Positions 1 to 13,050 of a stretch of 64,000 nucleotides of DNA are shown piece by piece (positions within the stretch are counted from its first letter, which is position 1; each line of letters starts with the position of its first letter). The translations under genes and the position numbers were made by a program. The DNA lies in assembly GCF_964355755.1 (NCBI RefSeq), contig NC_092678.1, positions 1,566,422 through 1,630,421 of the forward strand, given 5' to 3'. Origin of the DNA: Antedon mediterranea. Taxonomy: Eukaryota > Animalia > Echinodermata. The notes under the pieces are model-generated. The model made no database searches and was not told where the DNA came from. It was given only the letters and a program-made list of their open reading frames with translations.

Positions 1-1031
1 GTGTTGTGTTCATTTGTTATTTATCTCTATGTAACACAGGTCATGTGATGTATTTGGCTCAGTGCCAAGCTGCCTGGATAATCATAGTATCGTTGCTATG
101 TTTTGCATATGTGGCCATGTCAAAGCACTACTACGCATAATATTATTAATGTGTATATACACATCTCGTTAGTTATAACTCGGTTTAAATTAAATTTAAA
201 ATGTTGCTATAGTCATTAATATGTATGTTCAGTTACAAATCGTGTGAACACAGTATTCAGATTGTACTTTTTCTGGTGGTAGATGATTTTCAAGAATTGG
301 ATAGAAAGCCCTGGGGATTCTAACATGATATAGTAATAATAGATAAATATTGAATTAGAATACGTTGTTGTAAACAAAATGTGTCTGGTAAACACTCTGT
401 ACTGCTGTATGTTATTGTTATGGTATATCGTATTGTAAATATATTTTACATTTGGATGTGTGCTATAACAACTCATTATGAATTATGATGTTAAGTTTAC
501 CAACACACTCTGCTACTAATATGTTTCCCACAATATAACCCTTTTTATAGGTATGTCTGCAAATGCACATTGTTTTAGAAAAAGATTTTGATATTTTATT
601 TTATAACCCTGTAAGAACCAGGCCTGGTGACACTTACCCAAGTAATGATCAATGGGCAAAGTGTTTAAACCATGGACAAATTCATTTATTATGAGTTAAA
701 AGATTATTTCATTTTAATAAGTTCAAGATTGTATGAAACAAAATGGATACTTTACTAGATTAAAGGACTTAAAAATAGGTTAAATATTAATTATTTTATT
801 ATTGATATCTTTGATTTGTATTGAAACATAAGAAGTCATTATAAACAAAATATTAATATGTATTTGGCGTAGTATGACCATAACAAAGTAATTCAAAGTT
901 AAAAACAATGCAAAACGATACTTTTGTTAGTCAATAGTCAAACCCTAGATTGTGGGTTTTTTTAATAAAAATTTAACCGTTTTCTTTTTTCATAAGTGAA
1001 ATAATTATTGTTGCTATCTTTTTTTGCTTAA

Positions 1032-1657
1032 AGACACCTTCCCTACGTTTTTTAGATCTATTTTCAGATCACAAACTATATTTACTGTAAAAATAATACT
1101 ATATGGTCCTATTGCGATAATTTTTTTCGTCTTTAAATGGTTAAAAATGTGAAAAATAAGTCGATTCTAATAATTATAGCGGCCCGCTATAAATCCCAAA
1201 ATGCATTGCGCGCGGATTGATATTTCTGTTTTTCTTCTGTAATTCACCCACTTTTCGATTGATCGTGAGGCCAAAACAAATGGAAGACTCCTAACTTTTC
1301 ACCGAAAATATCGGGTTTTCCCCAATTTGTATCAACGGAGTCTGGCATAAAAAAGAAAACAATTATTGCAGCAACTATACAACGTCAGGCTAGGTATATA
1401 GCTAGCGTACGATGTTCGTACGTTACCGATGTTTACCAGCTAGGCCTACAAAACTAAGCCTAGTTAGGCTAGGCCTAAAGACCGTCCACGAGAGGTCAGT
1501 CGCCGCGAGCTACTTAGGTAGTGCATTGTTTCTCACTTTTTATCATAATTTACCATAAAACGTACATTTAAGACAAGAAATGACCTGGTTTAATGTTTTT
1601 AAAGTAATATATATGTATTATTTGTACAAAACGTCACAAATTGTAGGGAAGGTGTCT
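1032..1657. mobile_element. Non-autonomous DNA transposon, Kolobok-like (TTAA target, AG termini)
   Basis: Perfect 15-bp TIR AGACACCTTCCCTAC (1032-1046) / GTAGGGAAGGTGTCT (1643-1657). Left flank TTAA, right flank TTTTAA. CpG-richer interior with no transposase ORF. Confidence 0.75.
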
Positions 1658-3551
1658 TTTTAAGTGCTTTAAAGTAAAACTAAACTAAAAACTGTTATAT
1701 ATGTGCGCTTTATAAATCTTATTATCATAATAACCAAAGGTTGATTTTTTTTTTCATCTTTATTTCATTTTTTTTTAAACATTATTTTATTATTATTTAT
1801 TTATTATTATTAGTATGCTTTATTGGCTTTATCTGTACATATTCATAGAGTAAAATCTTTGCACGTTCTTCTCTATTAATCATACCGTCTTGTAAGTATG
1901 TTTTTATTCTTTTGTTCATTTGAAGGTCATACTGCATTGAAAAGTATAATAATTATTTCATTTAATCATTATTTTACTTGCCTCTATATCCTGTGTTGAT
2001 TTTTGTTGTCAGATACCATAGCAACAATCATCTACTTTCGTTTGTGTTGGTTACGTTGTTGTAATAATGTTTAAAGAATGTTTTTTAATGGGTATTTTTC
2101 ATTATATTTTTTTAATGTATTTTCTTTTCTTGCTATACGTTGCATTTATCTAGAATTTTTTCATAATTCCTCAATATAATCTACCTAACAATACATTTCT
2201 TATGATTTAGATGTTGTAAGAATTCTCTTGTCCTTTAGGTAGAATTCTTGTGTTAGGTAAATCATGTTAATAACAGTGAGATGAAAAATGTCAATGTGTA
2301 TTTTTTTTTTCTTGAATTTGGAAATTTTCTTTCATGTTTTGGTTGAATTTTTAAATAAAATTTATTCTTATGTAAAAACATGGCTTCATAAATCTGTATA
2401 ACAATATATAAATTGCAAAACAGTGGCCAAATATAATCCCATGACCAAGTATAACATAACCCCATCCCCTAATTTAGACTAAATTCGGAAATAAGACTGA
2501 TTAATTCCAGTGTTAATGTAATCCGAGTTTATCCCATCTCATAATGTTTCACAAATTTCATACACATGTCACTTTGAACTATAACATGTCATCATATAAC
2601 AGTAATTATAAATAATACCAATATAAGAATAACCAAAATTGGTATGTTAAGAAGCAGGGTTATATAACATATATTATAATCCCCACTCGTTTTATGCAGA
2701 TAATACCTGTTTGCCTCCCTCTTTAGTAGAACACCTTGACAAACTTGTTCACCTTGGTTCAATAGTTACCTTAAAGGTTTGGCATTCCAATCAGAGGTCA
2801 AATATGTTGTGATTAATAAAGGTTAGGGCGGTGGTCTTTTTGTACATAATTGGTTAAGTTATTTTTTAAGGTAGATTAAATTCACAAGGCTAGCTATATT
2901 TAAATCTCAAGTTCAATATTATCATAATTTGAAGCAATAAAGTTAATTAATATTATGAATTGGATTGCCCAATGATTGTTTTTTATTGAATAATTGTATT
3001 GTCACAATAAAGATAAAATTAATTAAATTATTTTACAAAACAGAATGTACTTTATACCACAACTACTTGTATTCTTGCCATTTGATTGTCATTTGGAATT
3101 AGCTCTACCTAACTGAAAAATGATAACTAATGGTGATAATTAGCATGCTCTAAATGCACGCTTTTTTCAACATTTTGAGAATTTTTGCCACACGCTGTCT
3201 ATGTGCTGTCTAATCCGCGTCCAAAGTTGGAGTACTGACTTTTGAATGGCCTAGTTTTCCAGCCTAGCATTTTTTGAAAATTAAATAAAAATAGGTGTGT
3301 ATAAACAAATGATGATAATGAATGTTTTGTATTTGTTGAATAGGAAGAATATTTTAATCGATGAACTCATGAAATATTCTGGCTATCCAACTCATTTTTT
3401 TTTTAAATGATATTCAGAATACGTTTTATGCAAAATTATGTATGATCTCTGATCCCACTAATTCTGTCGCATATTTTCACTGCAATTAATATACTGTCTG
3501 TATTCCAGGAATAGATGTGGACATTTTCTCATTTGGGAAAATCATATCTTA

Positions 3552-3699
3552 TGCCTTCTCTACACTATCAAACTTTATGTGACAACAAATGTGATGTGCC
3601 CATATAGGGACATGATGATGTCATATCACGACCGTATTTGGGCATGTCACTGACATATTTAGACAATCACACTACTAGTTTAATAGTGTAGACAGAGTT
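3552..3699. mobile_element. MITE family A copy (PIF/Harbinger-like)
   Basis: Ends ctctacactatcaaact ... agtttaatagtgtagacagag. Shared core gtgatgtgcccatat-ggacatgatgatgtcatatca is found in the other copies. Confidence 0.8.
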
Positions 3700-5126
3700 T
3701 TAAAGTTCAATTTAGGAGGGGTGGAGGAGTTTAAGGAGATAAAGGTGGAACTATCAAACATATGGTACAGAAGTAATAGTAGCATTTGTTTTGTTACCAT
3801 CTGGAGTGATCATACAGCAACAGAACAACCTACTGTAGAAGCTCAAAAGTTGCACAATGCAGCCTGACTTTTTTTAAACAACAGCCAATGAAATTGTACT
3901 TTATAAATATTATTGATTAGCATAGACGTGAATACTTAATATGCGAACTATTTAATAACTCAACTCCTTCAAACAATAACTCCGATGTGTCAATTCTGAA
4001 TATAGGTCAGTTTCCACGTCAACAACCGATGTATACCATTGTATTTGTTTGTTTTAAATATTGATAATTATGAATTTTTTATGGAACTACAATTGGCAAT
4101 TATTAAGAAAGGTATTAAAGCATAAATTCTAAATATAGCTTTCTATTCATTGCATATAGTGTTTCTTAATTCTATTAAACACTGGAAAATATTTATTGTT
4201 GAAAGGATTACATATTACGGTAAATTGATTAATAGGTATTATTTGTATTGCGAATTGGTTTTTAAAATATTGTCGTGACACCTAAGAGTAATTGAATATC
4301 TGAGCAAAGAAGTTATTCAAGCATGCATATTTTTATGCAATATTATTCTTAGGTTGTGTTCACACACAGCAGTATTTGTTTGCAATATTTTAAATAAGTC
4401 ATGGGATGAAGGCTATGGTTAGCATTATCCAGCTAGAAAATCTAAGGTATATAAGGTACGGTACAAATTGGTTCATGTTCCCCCAATCCCACCTTCTTAT
4501 TTAGAATAAATTCGGACAGAAGACTTGATGAATCATAATGTTAAGTTAATCTTTAACCAAAGTTAATACTCGGGAATATACTCGAGCATTTACGGTAATA
4601 CAGTACCCTGTATTTAATTTACCAGATACAAAAAACATACAGTGATATTAACTTTAAAAAATCAGAACATTTTACAAAAGAACGTCTGTTACGTCTATTA
4701 TGTTAATTTTATGCAAGACATGACTACTATCTCCATTGTAATGTTGTTTGAAGGTTTGCTGTCCACTTAACTTGCAAATTCTGAAGGCTGCTGGAGTGCT
4801 AATCAGAGTGGCCAAGAGTTTTCCCTTTGTGACTACTAGGTCATTCATTAACAACCAAGGTCTGTAATGTTATTAACTGGCTGGGAGATACATTGAGGAA
4901 GATGGTAATACTATGAATGATATCCTTCATAAGTCCCATTCACACAAAGCCGTGAGACAGCATTATTTCGGTAAATCTGGATTAGCAGCTTGTGTGTGAA
5001 AGTGTATAATGGCCAAGATGAAGCAGAAAACGTCCAGAACTGTGTACCCTCTCCAGATCCTTTTAAATTCTGACAATATTACCAATCAAAACCATAACTT
5101 CAACAACAAAAAAGTGATATGTTTAG

Positions 5127-5500
5127 AACTGAAAGATGACAGTGTCACAACTAAAAGGTGATAGGGTCAGAAACTGAAAGGTAATAGGGTCACAACTAAA
5201 AGGTGATAGGGTCACAACTAAAAGGTGATAGGGTCAGAAACTAAAAGGTGATAGGGTCAGAAACTATAAGGTGATAGGGGCAGAAACTAAAAGGTGATAG
5301 GGTCACAACTAAAAGGTGATAGGGTCAGAAACTGAAAGGTAATAGGGTCACAACTAAAGGTGATAGGGTCAGAAACTGAAAGGTAATAGGGTCACAACTA
5401 AAGGTGATAGGGTCACAACTAAAAGGTGATAGGGGCAGAAACTAAAAGGTGATAGGGTCAGAAACTATAAGGTGATAGTGTCAGAAACTGAAAGGTGATA
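5127..5500. repeat. Minisatellite, 22-24-bp unit (aactaaaaggtgatagggtca[c/ga]a), about 16 copies
   Basis: Directly visible tandem array with alternating variants. Confidence 0.9.
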
Positions 5501-6094
5501 TGAGAGTGGTATATGAGATAATTGTTACTGCTGTTGCTTTAATTGTTCCAACACTACCAACCAGTTTTTTTACAAATAAAACTAAGGCATGGATTGCTAG
5601 ATATTGTAGTTGATGAATTCTGCTGATATGTAAGGTGTGTAAAGTACCTTGTATTAACCCTAGCGGCTAACGTCACAGACACAAACAAACACTTATGCTT
5701 CCATATTGATATTTATTTTCTATTTAGTATTTCTTATCTTGATACAATTGAACATAGCCTATCATAATCATAAAAACAAATATTGTTTATCCATACAAAC
5801 AAATGTTCCATATCACATTTACTAAGATATGTTGGTCTAGCCTAGATTGAAGCTATTCACCCCTGTCGTTTTGAGATGATAGAGGAAGGACAAATAAAGT
5901 CCAGATAAATATTTTAATCTTTGTAAAATAACGAGCAGAAAAGTAAACATTTTGTAATCTATAAAATGATTCTCAAAGGTTATTTCAATCCATCGTATGG
6001 TCTCAGAGCCTTTTGTATACAAATCTTTGAATAGATATTATCAACTTTACACCACTTTTACACTATCAACTAAGCTGGACTTGGTGGAGAACTG

Positions 6095-6355
6095 GGACAT
6101 CCAACTCGGTTATCGTGGATAATCGGGTTAAGCGTTTCAACCCGGTGCTCAAACACTGAACTAAAGCATCGTCTGCGCTAGTCAACAAATTAGGACATCC
6201 AACTCGGCTATCATGGAAAATCGAGTTAAGCGTTCCAACCCGGTGCTCAAACACTGAACTAAAGCATTGTCTGGGCTAGTCAACAAATTGGGACATCCAA
6301 CTCGGTTATCGTGGATAATCGGGTTAACGTTCCAACCCGGTGGACAAACACTGAA
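6095..6355. repeat. Tandem repeat, 98-bp unit, about 2.7 copies
   Basis: ggacatccaactcgg recurs at 6095, 6193 and 6291. Confidence 0.9.
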
Positions 6356-6714
6356 TGTGAACATTGTTATTATGATTCTAGGGCCTCTGCTGTCTTTCTT
6401 TGAAATTAATTGTTCAACTATTTATATCCATCGGGAAACATTAATTGCTAATTTTTGTCACCTTTTTGTATTTTAATTATTTTTTCTGGTATTATATTTT
6501 TATTGTTAAATGTTAAGTGCATTTAGGCTTTTGCATAATGCGCTATATCATATCATCATCATTGGAACAGATTGATGTGTGAGGTCCAGAAGTGTGTATC
6601 TGTCCTAGGCAAGCATACACTAACTTGTCAATGATTAAGCGCTCAGCTCCATAAGACAAAGACTATATATCATTTAATTAATATAGTCAATGATACAAAG
6701 CAGCAATATTGCTC

Positions 6715-6798
6715 AACTGTAGTTGCGATAACTGTAGTTGCGATAACTGTAGTTGCGATAACTGTAGTTGCGATAACTGTAGTTGCAATAACTGTAGT
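6715..6798. repeat. 15-bp tandem repeat (aactgtagttgcgat), about 5.5 copies
   Basis: Direct inspection. Explains the NCSCD and LSQLQ ORF artefacts. Confidence 0.95.
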
Positions 6799-6989
6799 AT
6801 ACATGGATGCAACCAGAGTTCATCTCCCATTGTTTTTCCTATTGTGAGTTCTGAGAGTTCATCTTGGTGTTTCTCAGTCAAAGGTTTAAAAGATGTTCCC
6901 ACACAGGTCTAAAATGATAACCTTTAAACCTGATAACTGTATTCTTTGTTATTGTTTCTACAATCAGTAGTAGCATCTGAGTGCCCTTC

Positions 6990-7135
6990 AGCAACAAGGA
7001 CATACATACTACCAAGGTTGTGTTTGTTTGGGCCACCCAAGGACATTAGACTGGAATGTTGGCTTATCTGTGGTATGCCCATATTGTACAATACCATGCA
7101 TGTCCTATTTCATTGCAGACAGTACAGTACTTGCT
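6990..7135 (+). mobile_element. Possible relic of a non-LTR retrotransposon C-terminal zinc knuckle
   Basis: Frameshifted translation VCPYC...TMHVLFHCRQY resembles the CxxC...HxxxxC knuckle of LINE ORF2 C-termini. Degenerate. Confidence 0.35.
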
Positions 7136-8073
7136 TTTTGTTCAACTCCCAGGATTTTGAAATAATGGGATGGGCAATTTCACCCATGTCCTATCTTTTA
7201 CATTGTAATTTTCAAAATTTACTCACTCAACACCGTCTTTGATCTGCTAATGTTGAAGTTTAAATTCATAAGATGCTACTTGCAATGTTATAGTTTGATG
7301 TGAATTCAATTAATTAATGTTAATTCAAATTCAATTTTTCTTGTGAGGTGAACTTTTCAAGTCTAGATTGTCTACCACAAATTATCAAGCAACAAAATAA
7401 ACTTATTTTTATATTTTATTCATCAGTATTGTCTGATGTTATTCTTTTGAATGAAGTGAATAGTGTGGTGCTCTCCTAAAGTGCGCGTACACGGAAGGGT
7501 GTGGGATAGACACTAGGGTTTGTATCCAGTCCTTCTTCCAAGCCAGTCTCCCATTGCCTGCTGCCATATTCATCTTTGCAATGCAATGTTTGCTCTGACC
7601 AATCATATTAGAGTTAATTTTCTTTCAGATTGTTTTTCAAATTGACAACATCTTCTCCCTGAATCATACCTAGCTTTATTAAAGGTAATGATCTTTGTCT
7701 TTCAGTGTAATATGTTTGATCTTGAACTTGTAACACTCATGGTTACTTCCAGGTCCTTGGGTAAGGGCATTGCTTAATTAGGCTGATTAATTGTTGTACC
7801 CCAAAGAGCTAAACACAGCATAAATGTACAGGCTACTCATATTTTTAAACCAGCTAAATCAAGTTCTTAAAAGAACACCTAATCATTTGCGTGTTGGAAT
7901 GGCAAATCCAAAGTACAGTAATCGTTGATTGAGTAATTTGATATCGCTTCTTTTTGGCTTTTTTCTGACAGGTATACCACCTTGGTCATGTACAATAAAT
8001 TAATTAAAAATATACTGGATCTTGATTTGAAAATGTCCTTACAAAAAATTAAATTAACCATAAACTTAATTTA

Positions 8074-8283
8074 AAGCTAGAGTTAAGGTAATGTTTTCTC
8101 TTGGTATGTTACCTGTTACCTCTTGAGTTAAGGTAATGTTTTCTCTTGGTATATGTTACCTGTTACCTCTTTCTAAGCTAGAGTTAAGGTAATGTTTTCT
8201 CTTGGTATGTTACCTGTTACCTCTTTCTAAGCTAGAGTTAAGGTAATGTTTTCTCTTGGTATGTTACCTGTTACCTCTTTCTA
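8074..8283. repeat. 54-bp tandem repeat, about 4 copies, running into the left end of a MITE A copy
   Basis: aagctagagttaagg at 8074, 8175 and 8229, plus a shortened copy at about 8125. The unit ends in ctctttcta, which continues as the MITE end. Confidence 0.9.
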
Positions 8284-8398
8284 CACTTTTAAACTAGTTT
8301 GACAAAACATGCCCAAATGTGGTAGTGATATGACATCATCATGTCTATATATGGGCATATTTTTTTGTCACATAAAATTTGATAGTGTAGACAGAGCT
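8274..8398. mobile_element. MITE family A copy
   Basis: ctctttctacact...aaactagtttgacaaa ... tttgatagtgtagacagagct. Confidence 0.8.
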
Positions 8399-9144
8399 TT
8401 AGAGAGGTTAGCATTAGTTCATTGTCAACAGCAGGCCTTGACATTACAATGAACTTGGAAAGATGACACTATCATCTGATGAATGATTGAAATTATCTTC
8501 CAATAAAAAAGATAGCTAATCAGATAATGGGATAATAAACTGGAAAACAATAGTAAAAACATATGCAAAAATTGATGAATTGTTGGCAGATATAAAACAC
8601 CTTTGAAATGGAAATTAATTGTAATTTATTTGATGGATATTAAAGCAACTTTACAAACAATATGACATTTATCTATAGATAAAAATCGAAAGTTATATAT
8701 ATACATGTTTAATAAGCAGTTATAGATTTAATGAAAATATTATTACTACTTACCCCCAGCACCTATCCCTCCTTTCAATTTATATTAAATGATAAAAAGA
8801 AAAACAAAAGCAATGTTGGTGATGAGAATTCGGCCAAAAAAAAATGAAAATTGAACAACTTTAGATGAGCATATTAAATTAGAAGTACCTTTTATGTGTG
8901 AAAGGCAGTTAAGGAAATTGTTTTAAAATTGGAATCATAAATTCAAATTTGTATTTACTGTCCAATTTACTTGATATCAATTTGTTTTTGACATTTTAGC
9001 TAACCTGAGGAAAAATTATGAATTCCATTAAAACATTTTGACACATGATATTATTCATGCAATAGTCTTAAATGACATTTATGAATATTTTGTACATCCT
9101 CTTCAGCTACCATACATCTCATATTTCATCTTTAGCTACTTCGC

Positions 9145-9608
9145 TTGACAGCCACTGCCTAACATGACCCATGAATGACCTCATATCTAACTCACCGTAC
9201 TTAACGAATGCATAATAAAGCAACGCATATCTGTGACAATCTTAAATCCGATCGGCTTAAACCAATCAGTGTTACTATGACCCCATTCTGTCCCTCATAT
9301 GCAATTCGAACCCGACCTGTTTTTATGCGCAGCTAAGTGATGCGACAGTCGCAGGTATAGCGACAGTCCAGACCTGACTGGCTAGCTCTATATGGGTCAT
9401 GATGTTGACCCACACTCGTGGGAAGTCATCGGCCCAGCTTGTATCGTGATTGTCGTTCGACGTATTATAAGCTTTAATCTCGGTAGTCAGCTTGCGAGAT
9501 GCAATTGTAATCTATGTGAATTTCAAATTACAATAACGGTCAACGGAATAGAAAAGATACATTAGCAATATCTCTTGTTTCATCTTATTTGTTCTATGTG
9601 CGAGCACA
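9145..9608 (+). mobile_element. Probable solo LTR (464 bp) with 5-bp TSD TTCGC
   Basis: TTCGC at 9140-9144 and 9609-9613 brackets a CpG-rich block. The block starts TTGACAG (degenerate TG) and ends ...GAGCACA, with TATA-like tattataa and AATA-rich signals near the 3' end. Confidence 0.6.
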
Positions 9609-10589
9609 TTCGCCATTTCTTCTCAAAGTTGTTGAACCAAAGTTGAACTGACATGCATAATTAAATGAATGTATACAAATGCTTTTTGGATTAGTTTCAA
9701 ATATTAAAGATTTAAACAAAATCTGTTTTGTACTTCTTAACAAATTGGTATTTATAGTTTTAAGAATAGCTTAATCCAATAACAGGTTTTTAGAATATTC
9801 ATATTAAAAAGTAAATTAAATATGTATGTTTGTTTGTCTGTTAAATATTATCCTCAGCAAAATAATAATTAATAATGATGTTTTATAAAATATGCACTTT
9901 TTTATCCAAGAAATAAAAGTGGTTGAAATCCCCACGAACGAGAGAAAAAACAAACTTGGCAAAATAAAAAATAGTATTAAATGCTGCTTATTAAATGTCC
10001 AACAAAAAATAACTCTTTTAAAATATTTGTTATTTCTTGATTGACCACATTAAAATAATTTATTTGTTTATTCCTACAAATTAAAATAAATTAGAATAGC
10101 TTTTGTGAAAGTTACATCATGAACTCTGTTTCAACTTGTGTTTGATTTTTTTGGCAAGACTTTTTTTAATACAAAAATAAGGCTATGACAAATGAAAAAT
10201 GTCATATATGAATAAATCATGAGATGTGGTATATATTATTCAATAGGCCTGTCACATGAAAATGCATTGCTTGGTCACAGATCAACGATTTATATGATTT
10301 AGTATGATGATGTGTATGAATCTATACTTTTTTGGTATAATTTGTACATTAAAGTTTTCCATATTATTTCTAGAAAATTATTTCTAGGAATAAAAATGGA
10401 TTATATTTTATACAATAATTTCTGTACTTCTGGTGAAATGTAAAAATGAATTTTATCTATTAAAATCAATCCTTTAGGAAAAACATTGTTTTTAAAAATT
10501 AATCAAATCAATTAAAAACAATAAATAAGTCTTCTAAATCAATAAAATCAATTAAAATCATATTAAAATGTATTTTTTACATAAAAAAT

Positions 10590-11055
10590 TTGATCAAATC
10601 AAGTCAATCTAATTGATTTATTGCCAACAACTTCCATATTTAATCCAATCCACTGAAGACTAGTTTATACCTGTGCATATTTATTTCTTAAATCAAACAT
10701 TCAATCAAATTAAATCATCAACAAATAAAAAATTGATGATGTATCAACTACTGTACTGTACTTCCATATTCAATTCAATCAATTGAAAACTAGTTATTTA
10801 AATGTAAACTTATTTTTAATCTAACATTCAATCAAATTAAACATTCAATTTCAATCAAATCAATCAATCTGTTTAACATGCACTATACATTCAATCTGAT
10901 CAACTAAAGATATAAATATACATTTTTTTAATAATCAAAAAATCAATCAAATTAAACATTCAATCAAATTAAACATTCAATCAAATGAAACATTCAATCA
11001 GTAAATCAAAATCCCCACCAACCACTTCCATATTCAATCCTATTTACTGAAGATA
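10590..11055. repeat. Degenerate ~130-bp tandem repeat with embedded aatcaaattaaacattc subrepeats
   Basis: acttccatatt(c/t)aat recurs near 10630, 10760 and 11025, with a weaker copy near 10880. Confidence 0.55.
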
Positions 11056-11419
11056 GTAGTAGTGGTAGACTTGTCATCATTATCTGTCAGTTGTATGTGT
11101 TTTGCCTTAGGCTTGTTGAGTGCTTTTTCTATGATTGATGGCCAGGCATTGTGTTAATATTCACATGTATATACATTTATGCAGTGATCATCTATAAAAT
11201 ATCATTTTATACTCAGTTAGCACAATTTTAAATTGTGTAGAATATTTTTTATTTTTAAATTATTTGTTGTGTTGTTTCAATTCTTTTTCTGTAAAATTTG
11301 GTCGCACAATTCTGAATATTGTGAATCAGTATTGAAAGTTGAAAGAAAGAATTATATTAAATAAATATAATAAAATATAACAAATTAAAATGTAATTTAA
11401 CATCGTCAAAACTAACTAT

Positions 11420-11529
11420 AGGCGTATTCGTTTGGTCACTTTCAAAAACTCCTAACATATAAACAGCTAGAAGCTTAAGGAGCTACGTCTGCTGATTATC
11501 TGCTTAAAACAGCCCAGTCGAATACGCTT
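11420..11529. mobile_element. Small MITE candidate
   Basis: Imperfect TIR aggcgtattcgtttgg / ccagtcgaatacgctt around a 110-bp interval. Confidence 0.4.
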
Positions 11530-11576
11530 TTAATTTTATATCCTTTTTTGAAAATAATAATAAATTTTTTTCAGCT

Positions 11577-11926
11577 GCTACTCCTTACTAGTACTACTCC
11601 TTACTAGTACTACTCCTTACTAGTACTACTCCTTACTAGTACTACTCCTTACTAGTACTACTCCTTACTAGTACTACTCCTTACTAGTACCACTCCTTAC
11701 TAGTACTACTCCTTACTAGTACTACTCCTTACTAGTACTACTCCTTACTAGTACTACTCCTTACTAGTACTACTCCTTACTAGTACTACTCCTTACTAGT
11801 ACTACTCCTTACTAGTACCACTCCTTACTAGTACTACTCCTTACTAGTACTACTCCTTACTAGTACTACTCCTTACTAGTACTACTCCTTACTAGTACTA
11901 CTCCTTACTAGTACTACTCCTTACTA
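11577..11926. repeat. 16-bp minisatellite (ctccttactagtacta), about 22 copies
   Basis: Near-perfect array. The same single variant occurs at 11691 and 11819. Confidence 0.97.
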
Positions 11927-12872
11927 AAACTATTTGTTTTCATCATTATCATTCATCATCATTTATTAAAATAAGTTTTCTCCATCTTCCAAGTGGGTAG
12001 ATCATTAAATCATTTCTTCTCTTTCGTAGAATCTTCCTCCAAACCAATATTCATTCTTTCTTTACAGTAATAATAAAAAAAACATACATACATATCTAAT
12101 ATATATTTGTAAATCAAATATTTTTGAGGTAAAGCTGTTAAATTAGATCTGGTTAGAAAGAAAATTGCTACGATTGAAAATGAACATTTATGCATTACAA
12201 ATGTGTGACATTCTGCAATGCACCACTTTAATGATGCAACATTTAATCTGACTTACATTTCTGAACGTGAATAAAAATAAATTAAAATTACAACACGTTA
12301 AGTCGCAATATAGGTAAAATCTTTGCTAAGTGACTGCTCGTGTATGCGGAATTGCCAACAGTATAAAAGTTCATGCGAATTAGGTGGCTGCCTTAAAACG
12401 TAAAACACTTTTCCTAATAAATTTCTTCTCGATTTTTTACTTAAATTGAACAAATTGGAAATTTAATATTTCAAATTTGAATTTTAACACCTGTTTTTAT
12501 ACATTTTATAACAAATAGAGAAATTAAAATTACCTAGACATAATACAATTTGAAGTAGTTTTATGTGAATGTTAGATGTTATTGGCTGTGCCATTAGATG
12601 GCTTTCGCTGTATGTTTAAGTCTTAAGAAAGAGTTTCAATAGGTAAATTGATTATTACGACATCAATTGATATGACCTAACCTGTTACTAGGTCGTCAGG
12701 TCGTTTCAGACCGAATTATTTCCGATATGATTGCTCCGTAAATGAATAATTAATTACTTTCATAATTGACTCTTTAAAACATAATACTTCATCTAATGAT
12801 GTATTTTCCTCAAAAAATGACAAAATAATTATGAAAAATGAAATTTATAATTAGAGATTTCAAGGTACAGTA

Positions 12873-13050
12873 TAGTAGAACTGCTATTTGGAACACTTTA
12901 GGTGTAAATGGTCATATATTGTCCCTTATCAGTTTTACAGGACAGTATAAATTATATTTTAACATTTTTTTCAGCATAAAAGTCAAGGAAACATTTTTGT
13001 AAAATATACACAAATATCTTTTGATTTAAATGGTACAGCTACTATTAAGG
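12873..13050. mobile_element. Degenerate MITE family B copy (CAGTAGAA termini, TA target, Tc1/mariner-pogo-like)
   Basis: tagtagaactgctattt start and the family motif ctattaagggaacac. Confidence 0.45.

Noticed and set aside
1892-1925. GTAAGT...TTTGAAG mini-intron
   Set aside because: Only about 34 nt, and the flanks show no coding signal.
6709-6912. Cys-rich metallothionein-like ORF (NCSCD)n
   Set aside because: Translation of a 15-bp tandem repeat with a non-ATG start.
12923-12945. cccttatcagtt, matching part of the miR-184 reverse complement
   Set aside because: Only 12 nt, excludes the seed, no hairpin, and lies in a decayed MITE.
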